Positions 1-6,580 of a stretch of DNA of 9,066 bases are shown in pieces. The translations under genes and the position numbers were made by a program. Each line of letters opens with the position of its first letter. Position 1 is the stretch's first letter. The notes beneath the pieces were generated by a model, which was not told the origin of the DNA, searched no databases, and was given only the letters and a program-made list of their open reading frames with translations. This stretch comes from a virus (lineage: Duplodnaviria; Heunggongvirae; Uroviricota; Caudoviricetes). Location: IMG/VR virus record IMGVR_UViG_2582580966_000020; one strand, given 5' to 3'.

Positions 1-1131
1 TCAAATGACCAGTTTTTTCCATTCCTTACCGCGTGCGTCGTTGTAAATATCGGTCATTTTTTGATTCGAATGGCCTAGCAAAATTTTGGTATCAACCCCC
101 TGCTCTCTGAACAATCGCTCTGATAAAGATCTCTGCTCATGGAAAGAGGGAGGGGTGCCATTAGCACGCCAGTTGTAATCCACAGAATCCCGGGCTTTTT
201 TAAATGCAACGGTTAATGTTGCTGGCTTAACCATCCCGCCGCGCTTAGCTGTCCCTTTCGCGTGATGGTGGTGCAATAGCCACGGACTAAGAACGCAATC
301 GCGGCAGGATGACACCACATCATCCAGGGTGAGATTTAATTTATCGCAACGCAGAGCCAGAGGGATGGCAATCCGGGTTCCTGTTTTTTGCTGTTCGACA
401 TGAAGATAACCATCCCGGATATCCGAAAATTGCATTTTGCAAATATCTGAAAGGCGCTGGCCTGTCATCAGTGCCAGCAGCATACCGCGCTGTAAAAAGT
501 AACCATCCTTTTCCGCTGCGTTATAAATCATCATCCACTCATCAAAAGTCAGTCGCTGTCTTGATATCCGCACCTGCGGTTTTTTTGCCGATTCTGCAGG
601 GTTAAAGCCTGGCGGGACATCGCCCGTTTGCTGAGCTTCCCGGAAAACATCGATCAGTACTTTCCTGAAAATTTGTCCCATTCTGTTATGTCCTCTGGCC
701 TTGTACTCTTCCAGTACTGATACCACATCTTTTACGGTTATGGCATCTAACGGTCTGGTGCCAAAACGTTCATCAAATACCCTGAGAGGGGCCGCTTTCT
801 GTTTCAGCGTGTTGAGTTTGATCTCGCCGTTTTCATATCTTTCCTGTTGAATTTTTCTGTAATTATTCAGAAAAATGGTAACGGTTGATGAACCGCCGGT
901 ATCACTAATAATTTTCTCCTGCAGACTGAGCATTTGTTCCATTTGCTGCCGGGCAAGACGGCTGTTCGCTTCTGCTGCAATAGTTTCTGCCAGTTTCTGG
1001 TCAATACTGCCGAGACCGTGATTTTTGCCTGTTATGGGATGCCTGTAACGCCAGTAAACTTTGTTATTTCTTTTGTCAAAATACGGAGATAATCCCGGAA
1101 CATCGGTTTTATATTTTCGCGGGCGCGCCAT
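1..1131 (-). CDS. int: Tyrosine site-specific integrase (lambda Int family), complete 376 aa
   Basis: ORF track 376 aa. N-terminus (RKYKTDVPGLSPYFDKRNNKVYWRYRHPITGK) resembles the lambda Int arm-binding region. C-terminus has catalytic-type motifs HEQRSL (HxxR) and LLGHSNQKMTDIY (His...Tyr). Its start is overlapped by an Xis-like gene, as in lambda xis-int. Stop codon at 1-3, so the attachment site lies left of the window. Confidence 0.9.
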   Translation of the reverse strand: MARPRKYKTDVPGLSPYFDKRNNKVYWRYRHPITGKNHGLGSIDQKLAETIAAEANSRLARQQMEQMLSLQEKIISDTGGSSTVTIFLNNYRKIQQERYENGEIKLNTLKQKAAPLRVFDERFGTRPLDAITVKDVVSVLEEYKARGHNRMGQIFRKVLIDVFREAQQTGDVPPGFNPAESAKKPQVRISRQRLTFDEWMMIYNAAEKDGYFLQRGMLLALMTGQRLSDICKMQFSDIRDGYLHVEQQKTGTRIAIPLALRCDKLNLTLDDVVSSCRDCVLSPWLLHHHHAKGTAKRGGMVKPATLTVAFKKARDSVDYNWRANGTPPSFHEQRSLSERLFREQGVDTKILLGHSNQKMTDIYNDARGKEWKKLVI

Positions 1132-1357
1132 CTTCCAGTATCCTCTTCAAAGCAGGGTGATCTGTGGCGATCACCTCCGGCTTGTTTACCATTCCGACAA
1201 AGCGAGCTTGCGGATCCACTCGCCAGCGTCTTCCAACTTTTTTGGGGAGAGGAAATATCATTCCGGCTTTAGCGTATTTACTTAACGTACTCGGAGTAGG
1301 GACCGGTTCACTGAATTCCTCTTTTGCCCACTCAGTGAGCAGAATAAGTCTTGCCAT
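1109..1357 (-). CDS. xis: Excisionase (lambda Xis-like), 82 aa
   Basis: Small ORF directly upstream of int, overlapping its start by 23 bp. Sequence LILLTEWAKEEFSEPVPTPSTLSKYAKAGMIFPLPKKVGRRWRV has the same pattern as lambda Xis (LTLQEW...RRW...IFPPP..GR). Confidence 0.8.
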   Translation of the reverse strand: MARLILLTEWAKEEFSEPVPTPSTLSKYAKAGMIFPLPKKVGRRWRVDPQARFVGMVNKPEVIATDHPALKRILEDGAPAKI

Positions 1358-1421
1358 GAGCGTCGTTCGCTAATCATGGTCGCCGCCACTATAGCTGGTG
1401 GGCAACGACCGGGGTTGAACA

Positions 1422-3893
1422 TTAAAAATCAGCCTGATTCGGGATCAGTTTTTGCCAGATAACTGAAATGTATTTTGCCTGGTAACGGGCGTCATCAAGT
1501 GCATTATGGCGCTCACCTTCGAATGGAATAGCCGTTCTGGCATCGAAGTCTATGGCTTTCCCCAGCTCAACGATTGTGCGTACATCGCGATCGTTGTAGT
1601 AACGCCACGGGCAGGGGATCCCCTGCCGTTCGTATGAACGGCGCAAAATCGTGTTGTCGAAGTTGGCTCCATTTCCCCAGACCTGAACAAAAAATTCACC
1701 GGAGTTTTCGTCGATAAATTCCCGCAATTGTAACAGTGCATCATCTAACGGGATTTCATCGGTCATAATGGCAGACTGCGCTTCACGTGATTGCTTCAGC
1801 CACCTTTTAATGACGTCACGATCAATGACTCCGCCAGCAGTTTCCAGATCGATAGTCTTACTAAATTCCGGTCCCATATCTCCGGTTTGCGGATCGAAAA
1901 ATATTGCACCTATTGAGATAATCGGGGCATCAGGATTTTTTCCCATGGTTTCAAGGTCGATCATTAGATGGTCACACGTCCTGCTGGTGGATGTGATTTC
2001 TTGATGACCGTTCACCTTAATTGAGTGATCTGCCGTCTCGCCAGTTTCATTATCGCTATCGTGATGCTGATTGCCGCCAGTGTTCTCCTTGTGTGGATGT
2101 TCAGCGCCTTCCATTTCCTCCGGATTATCTTCCTGAACTTCAGGCTGATACTCTTCATCGAATGTTTCCTGGTATGTTGCGTCGCCCATTACCGCGCCAC
2201 AATCAGGGCAGTTGCCGCCGCCGGTCTGACCGCAGGCGGTGCAGACTTTTTCCGGTTCCTGTTGCGCTACTGGCTCAGGTTGTTTCGTTTCTGGCTCGTT
2301 TTGTTGCGTATTTGGGCTGTTTTGTTCCGCTTTCTGGTCGTTCTGTTCCGATTCTTGCTGGTTCTGGTTTACAGAATCGCGGGTCTGGTTCCCCTTAACC
2401 CATTTCGGATCATTCGGGTCGCTAATCCCTTCAACAAATTCACCACGTGATACTGCAAGCAGTTCATCGGCGTCAGGCTGGCTGATATTGGCTGCCTGCA
2501 TAATTTTGTTTACTTCGTCAGCGGTAACTTTTACTGACCCTGGTTGTGCGGTCGTGTCAGATGCACCAGTATTTTGTTGTGAACCTGAGTATGTACCGTT
2601 TTTGCAGGCGAAATATTCTTCTTTCGTGATTTCAGTAGCCCCAGCAGACAGCGCCTTATCCAGACCAGAAAGTTTGTTTGCGCGACCGTATTTTTCGCCA
2701 TCCTTGTCGGTGAAGAGGAAGTAGAACGGCCCCTCACGTTCTACAGATGGTTCGACTTCCACTTTGCATTCGGTTTTTTCGTTGCCCGGAATTGCCGTTT
2801 CCACTGCATCAGTTTCTGGTACTGGCGACGAGAGAGTATCAGTTGCGCTCTGATTTCTTCCTTCATCTTCAAACACGCCCTTTGTAGTCAGGTATTCAGT
2901 AATGTATTTGTTCAGTGCCACAGGGTCTTTGTGAATGTCGATCGGACGTTCACGGACAAGGCCAAAAATAGTCTGGCGGTCGTAGCGAAGGGCATCAGGC
3001 TGTTTGCGCATTGATGCCGAGATACGCTTCCAGTCTTCGCGGTCGTTGTCGATAACTTCATTTTTTGCCCAGCGATGGATGCTGCCGTCAATGTTTCCGG
3101 CATCCACATCACCAGGCCAGAGAGCGTAGGCCAGTTCGTCATCCAGTGTTTTCCATGTCTGCTTGTATTCGCGATGAATGGCAGCAATGACCGGGCTGAT
3201 TTTTCCTGTTGAATTTTCACTGTGCTGTTGATTGGCTCTGGCGCGGGCGAGATCAACAACAGACGTGTATTTTCCGGCTTCCTTGCGTTCACCTTCGCGA
3301 CGTTTTTTCCAGATGCGCATCTCTGCCTGAATTTCGGGCCATTTGGCACCAGGCTTACATTTATGCTTAACCCACCCGATGGCATGCAGCTTAAGCTCCG
3401 GATACATGGCGTTAACTTCTGGCATTTTCATCAACGCTTCAACGATATGTCCGTCGAATGTTGCCATGTCTTCCTGCAACAGTTCCTGCGCGCTAATCAC
3501 CATATCAACGGTGATGTTTTCACATGTGTCGAACTTAACCATGACAGCGTTCTGTACTTCAGGGGCCAGCTTGTCAAAAGTGACGTTCATCGGATCTGAT
3601 TCAGTCTCAACCGGGACAAAGGAAGCAGACTCCTCATCCCAGCGGTTTTCCTGCATATATTCAGCATCCCAGGAATCGAGGGCAGGGCGGGGTATACCGG
3701 GTTTATCCTCGCAGACAAGAAATTTATAAGCGCAGTCCTGAGCAGCCGGATAATGTTCCAGGAATTGCCAGTGAAATTTTGCGCGGGCGCGACGTTCATC
3801 ACCGGCTTCAATGGCAGTGGCTACAGCGACGGCACCTTCTTCCTTTATTGCCTGTTCGTCCGGAATGGCGGCGCAAATAAAGACTTTACTCAT
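1422..3893 (-). CDS. recE: RecE-like (exodeoxyribonuclease VIII family) mosaic protein, 823 aa: unknown N-terminal region, RecE-type Q/N/E-rich linker with CxxC-x7-CxxC zinc ribbon, C-terminal DnaQ-like DEDDh 3'-5' exonuclease domain
   Basis: Central segment (DADELLAVSRGEFVEGISDPNDPKWVKG...KQPEPVAQQEPEKVCTACGQTGGGNCPDCGAVMGDATYQETF, about 1971-2474) matches my recollection of the middle of E. coli K-12 RecE. C-terminal 182 aa (about 1425-1970) carry DEDDh motifs: MIDLETMG (D-x-E), WGNGANFD, HNALDD (H-x4-D). N-terminal 473 aa do not resemble the K-12 RecE N-terminus as I recall it. GAGG lies 9 nt upstream of the ATG. The symbol is given because of the linker homology; the catalytic domain is not the canonical RecE nuclease. 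Confidence 0.8.
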   Translation of the reverse strand: MSKVFICAAIPDEQAIKEEGAVAVATAIEAGDERRARAKFHWQFLEHYPAAQDCAYKFLVCEDKPGIPRPALDSWDAEYMQENRWDEESASFVPVETESDPMNVTFDKLAPEVQNAVMVKFDTCENITVDMVISAQELLQEDMATFDGHIVEALMKMPEVNAMYPELKLHAIGWVKHKCKPGAKWPEIQAEMRIWKKRREGERKEAGKYTSVVDLARARANQQHSENSTGKISPVIAAIHREYKQTWKTLDDELAYALWPGDVDAGNIDGSIHRWAKNEVIDNDREDWKRISASMRKQPDALRYDRQTIFGLVRERPIDIHKDPVALNKYITEYLTTKGVFEDEGRNQSATDTLSSPVPETDAVETAIPGNEKTECKVEVEPSVEREGPFYFLFTDKDGEKYGRANKLSGLDKALSAGATEITKEEYFACKNGTYSGSQQNTGASDTTAQPGSVKVTADEVNKIMQAANISQPDADELLAVSRGEFVEGISDPNDPKWVKGNQTRDSVNQNQQESEQNDQKAEQNSPNTQQNEPETKQPEPVAQQEPEKVCTACGQTGGGNCPDCGAVMGDATYQETFDEEYQPEVQEDNPEEMEGAEHPHKENTGGNQHHDSDNETGETADHSIKVNGHQEITSTSRTCDHLMIDLETMGKNPDAPIISIGAIFFDPQTGDMGPEFSKTIDLETAGGVIDRDVIKRWLKQSREAQSAIMTDEIPLDDALLQLREFIDENSGEFFVQVWGNGANFDNTILRRSYERQGIPCPWRYYNDRDVRTIVELGKAIDFDARTAIPFEGERHNALDDARYQAKYISVIWQKLIPNQADF

Positions 3894-3985
3894 TTTGTTT
3901 TACCTCATTACAGATTTAAGGGTGAACAAATCCCTGCCATTGCTGGCATATAAGAATGAAACCGGATATTTATTACGGAACTGTT

Positions 3986-4177
3986 TTAAAGACCTGCCGG
4001 GATTTCGTTATTATCCTGGTGAATAACTTTATCGACCGGGTAACAGTTACCGGGAATTTTCTGTTCGGTTGCTGCAGTCACACACTCCTGCATTGTCCTG
4101 TGAACACTGACTGCAATATCAACTGGCTCTCCGGAAACAAGAAAAACTGTCAGAACAAGTGCAAATGCTGTATTCAT
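3986..4177 (-). CDS. Small hypothetical protein with N-terminal signal-peptide-like segment and two Cys (likely exported), about 63 aa
   Basis: In-frame part of ORF 3986-4231. The Met at 4175-4177 forms an ATGA stop/start overlap with the upstream small gene, with AAGG 9 nt upstream. MNTAFALVLTVFLVSG is hydrophobic, followed by a polar region with C...C. Alternative starts at 4186 and 4231 cannot be excluded. Confidence 0.45.
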   Translation of the reverse strand: MNTAFALVLTVFLVSGEPVDIAVSVHRTMQECVTAATEQKIPGNCYPVDKVIHQDNNEIPAGL

Positions 4178-4362
4178 TGCCAGCATCCTTTTTGTATCGG
4201 ACGTAAACGGGCCAGCATTGAAAGAATGCATATTTTATTTAATAGCTCCCGTTCGTGTTTTCTCTTGTTAATGGCATCTTCAGTAAATACAGGGTTACTG
4301 ATAGTGACACCAATTTCAAAACAACCTTCAGACGTATTAATGTTTGGTAATAACGTTTCCAT
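4174..4362 (-). CDS. Small hypothetical protein, about 62 aa (early-left operon, kil/racC-like position)
   Basis: Part of ORF 4174-4467. ATG at 4360-4362 is preceded by GAGGA with 7-nt spacing. Stop TGA overlaps the start of the downstream small gene (ATGA). The longer 97-aa form would need a GTG start without a clear RBS. Confidence 0.4.
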   Translation of the reverse strand: METLLPNINTSEGCFEIGVTISNPVFTEDAINKRKHERELLNKICILSMLARLRPIQKGCWQ

Positions 4363-4923
4363 TATCGCGTCCTCAACAATGAATTTTGTGATGCGGTGCC
4401 TGGTGCCTCCAGGTGACGTTAACCAGTTAACAATTAACGCCGGATACAGAGAATCCACCCATAACACTGTTTTTGGTTTTAACTGTTCCGCGTGCGCTCA
4501 GCCGCATTCACCACATCACAAAATTCACTTTAAAAAGGGCGGCAGAGCAGTCACGGAGTAAAACTGATACCGCCAAACGTCACCAGAAAATTGATAACAG
4601 AGGGCGTTGCAGCGGGGTTGTCACTTAAGCGTATGGTCAACCTGACAACTCGGTGTCCTCAACGGGGAAGAAATACCCCCGCCATACTTACCGCCGCGCC
4701 ATTTCGCGGATTGCCACAACCGGAAACGCACGGTCGACGAAAATTTAACGACAGGCTATCTATGAACCAGCTACCTCGCCGGGCGCTTTCGCGTTATGGT
4801 CTGACTTTTCAGGGAAATATCCTTTCAGTAAACTGTCAGTGCCGGATGCTCACCCGTGTCCGGCGCACGCACTCCACCTCACCCGTGGAGAACTCCTTAA
4901 TCACCAACCCTCAGGAGGGTGAA

Positions 4924-5199
4924 ATGTCGACTGAAAATGATGAAATCATTAACTCCCTGATACGCCAGATTAATAATTTTGATAAAGCATTGCAACATGC
5001 TGCGGCGCGTAGTGATATAACTCTTTTAGCAATTTCATTTCTTGCATCTGTTATGGATAAAAATGAAGTCGTACGACAGAGTCTTGTTGATTATATCGAC
5101 TCGCTTCAACCCGGCACTTTCAATCATGAGAGCTTCAATCATGAGAAAGAGCATGTTAAGTCTGTAATTAATTCTCTTATTTTGAATCAAAAGAATTAA
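4924..5199 (+). CDS. Hypothetical 91-aa protein, independently transcribed accessory (moron-like) gene on the strand opposite to the early-left operon
   Basis: ATG at 4924 preceded by AGGAGG (4912-4917) with 6-nt spacing. AT-rich coding sequence. Intrinsic terminator 26 bp after the stop. Protein MSTENDEIINSLIRQINNFDKALQHAAARSDITLLAISFLASVMDKNEVVRQSLVDYIDSLQPGTFNHESFNHEKEHVKSVINSLILNQKN has no family I can recognise. The ORF-track form 4591-5199 adds an Arg-rich GC-rich extension with no RBS. Confidence 0.6.
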   Translation: MSTENDEIINSLIRQINNFDKALQHAAARSDITLLAISFLASVMDKNEVVRQSLVDYIDSLQPGTFNHESFNHEKEHVKSVINSLILNQKN

Positions 5200-5509
5200 T
5201 GCTTTTTGTTGCAAAGTAATTTTCAAGGGGTTCTATTCGAATCCCTTTCTTTTTCATTAACAAGCCAAACCCCTTATCAATGATGTCCATTAGATCCAGG
5301 AAGTATTTTTCATGTAAATCCTGGTTATCAGAGAGCTGCTTCTCTTCGTACAGCCCGATAAAGGCTCGGCGTACGTTACCGGATATATTGTCGATGGTTT
5401 CTTTTTCTACGGTACTCAGGTCAAGAGTCGCCAGTTGAGAGCGAACCACATTCGATGCCATTTCCTGGAATGGTACTGGTAAATCTTTAAATTCCATCGT
5501 CAACCTCAT
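5177..5509 (-). CDS. Hypothetical 110-aa protein (early-left operon; AT-rich; 3' end overlaps the convergent plus-strand gene by 23 bp)
   Basis: ORF track 110 aa. Start ATG 5507-5509 overlaps the stop of the upstream gene (TGATG coupling). An alternative in-frame ATG at 5497 has GAGG 6 nt upstream. No recognisable family. Confidence 0.6.
   Translation of the reverse strand: MRLTMEFKDLPVPFQEMASNVVRSQLATLDLSTVEKETIDNISGNVRRAFIGLYEEKQLSDNQDLHEKYFLDLMDIIDKGFGLLMKKKGIRIEPLENYFATKSINSFDSK
5225..5254 (+). terminator. Rho-independent terminator for the plus-strand 91-aa gene
   Basis: AAGGGGTTC (5225-5233), loop TATTC, GAATCCCTT (5239-5247): 9-bp stem with one G-U pair, followed by TCTTTTTC. On the minus strand the hairpin is not followed by a U-tract, so it is directional. 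Confidence 0.5.
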
Positions 5510-5742
5510 CAGTCAGTGTTTCTGGTTAACCAGCGACGCGCGCCAGCTTCAGTTTTAAACGTTTTGCTTCTGGTATATGTCATCGCGGTAAACGTGCCGT
5601 CCTGGTTGGGAAACACGCCGCATACCAGAGATTCGTTGTTGCCAAGCTCGATAGTATCCATGCTGACCTCATTTCCCCTTAACGCCGGGGTAGCGGAACA
5701 AAAACCTGCTGCATAGTTATTAAAGTTGAACCCTGCCGTCAT
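5509..5742 (-). CDS. Small prophage protein, DUF1391-like (YdaF/YdfA-like core of about 50 aa from the internal Met at 5661), first gene downstream of PL
   Basis: C-terminal 50 aa (MDTIELGNNESLVCGVFPNQDGTFTAMTYTRSKTFKTEAGARRWLTRNTD) match my recollection of the E. coli Rac/Qin YdaF/YdfA small proteins. The internal ATG at 5659-5661 has GAGG 5 nt upstream. The ATG at 5742 (full 77-aa ORF) has GAGG 9 nt upstream. The true start is uncertain. Confidence 0.6.
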   Translation of the reverse strand: MTAGFNFNNYAAGFCSATPALRGNEVSMDTIELGNNESLVCGVFPNQDGTFTAMTYTRSKTFKTEAGARRWLTRNTD

Positions 5743-5842
5743 GTTCTTACGCCTCGGGCTGGCTACTTAACCCCTGACCACTGCCTGGTAACTCGAGGTA
5801 TTGCCCTGTATTGTGTGGGACGGGATGGGTTGGTATGGGAAA

Positions 5843-5906
5843 ACTATAGGAAATGCCTAATTACTTGTCAATAGGCTATGCCTAATAATTTGGGCGCAAC
5901 CTAATA
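5843..5906 (-). promoter_or_regulatory. Left operator/promoter (OL/PL-like): leftward sigma70 promoter with repressor operator half-sites
   Basis: On the minus strand: -35 TTGACA (plus coordinates 5866-5871), 17-bp spacer, -10 TATAGT (5843-5848). Operator palindrome TAGGCTATGCCTA at 5872-5884, imperfect TAGGAAATGCCTA at 5847-5859, further GCCTAAT/ACCTAAT half-sites at 5855, 5880 and 5899. The same motif family is found at OR. Confidence 0.55.
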
Positions 5907-5979
5907 GGTGATGGTTTGTGGGAGAGGTAGTAGGAGTTAACTAACGGGAACTAGGAATTTCCCGTCGGACCATATAAGT

Positions 5980-6456
5980 TTAAGTTCCTGTCTTGGTGAT
6001 GTTCTGGCTTTTCCGTTTTGATTCTTGATTTTTCAGATAGTTAGCTACCTTCATTTCCATTGCGGCAATGTAGGCGCGAACGTCATAATCAACCCAACTA
6101 GGCTCCGTAGCATTTCCAGATAAGATGAAAGCCACAATTGCTTTTTTTTCATCAGAGGCGGCTTGATAAAGGCTGTTTATGTCTAAAAGTTCACTTTTTG
6201 TATCTGAAGTGGATGGGGTTGGTATGGGGTATTCGTTAAGCCCCCAATGCTCTGGACCAACCACATCAGAAAAGAAACGCCATAGTTCTGGAAGTTTGTC
6301 TTTACTTATCGAACCTTTCTTAATCCAGTCATGGATTGATGGTGGTTGGACTTTGAAATGACGTGCGATTTCCGCCTTTGATTTGACGGCTCCTGATGCA
6401 ATTTTTTTGTTAATGGCCTGCTCTATCGCTCGGCCTAAGTCTTTACCACTAAGCAT
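5980..6456 (-). CDS. racR: Prophage repressor, RacR-like (CI-type immunity repressor), 158 aa
   Basis: ORF 158 aa with an HTH-like segment (SKAEIARHFKVQPPSIHDWIKKG). Flanked on both sides by operator clusters and divergent from the ydaS/ydaT genes, the arrangement of Rac racR-ydaS-ydaT. AGGAG lies about 9 nt upstream of the ATG at 6456. Confidence 0.85.
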   Translation of the reverse strand: MLSGKDLGRAIEQAINKKIASGAVKSKAEIARHFKVQPPSIHDWIKKGSISKDKLPELWRFFSDVVGPEHWGLNEYPIPTPSTSDTKSELLDINSLYQAASDEKKAIVAFILSGNATEPSWVDYDVRAYIAAMEMKVANYLKNQESKRKSQNITKTGT

Positions 6457-6485
6457 TGCTTAATAGTCTCCTATGCGCATCGCGT

Positions 6486-6553
6486 TAGGCAATCCCTACT
6501 CTCGATGTATTAGGCATAGCCTATTGACAATTTCATTAGGCTAAGCCTAATAT
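6486..6553 (+). promoter_or_regulatory. Right operator/promoter (OR/PR-like) for ydaS-ydaT-replication operon
   Basis: Three operators at 25-26 bp centre spacing: TAGGCAATCCCTA (6486-6498), TAGGCATAGCCTA (6511-6523), TAGGCTAAGCCTA (6537-6549). -35 TTGACA at 6524-6529, 18-bp spacer, -10 TAATAT at 6548-6553. The third operator overlaps the -10. Confidence 0.6.
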
Positions 6554-6580
6554 TGTTGCGTGTTTTTTGGAGTTCATTCG

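Noticed and set aside
1061-1373. Plus-strand ORFs of 74 and 69 aa over the int/xis junction
   Set aside because: Antisense to well-supported int and xis coding sequence; no RBS.
1550-2004. Minus-strand 64-aa and plus-strand 78-aa ORFs within the exonuclease domain region
   Set aside because: Alternative-frame and antisense frames inside the DEDDh domain coding sequence, which has clear catalytic motifs in its own frame.
2021-2724. Overlapping plus-strand ORFs (125, 141 and 161 aa) with repetitive FRF/LVL-type translations
   Set aside because: They are antisense frames of the RecE-like Q/N/E-rich linker, whose nucleotide repetitiveness yields stop-free antisense frames. No independent start signals.
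3956-4561. 201-aa plus-strand ORF
   Set aside because: Cys-rich, low-complexity translation with no RBS, antisense to two minus-strand small genes that have RBSs and stop/start coupling within the early-left operon. Most likely a spurious antisense frame.
4591-4923. N-terminal extension of the plus-strand gene (202-aa ORF-track form)
   Set aside because: No RBS at 4591, Arg/Pro-rich GC-rich composition unlike the AT-rich downstream part, while the ATG at 4924 has a near-consensus SD. Treated as non-coding leader, though an open frame of about 110 codons is mildly unexpected.
5035-5226. 63-aa minus-strand ORF
   Set aside because: Antisense within the plus-strand 91-aa gene; an AT-rich Lys/Ile/Leu translation typical of AT-rich antisense frames.
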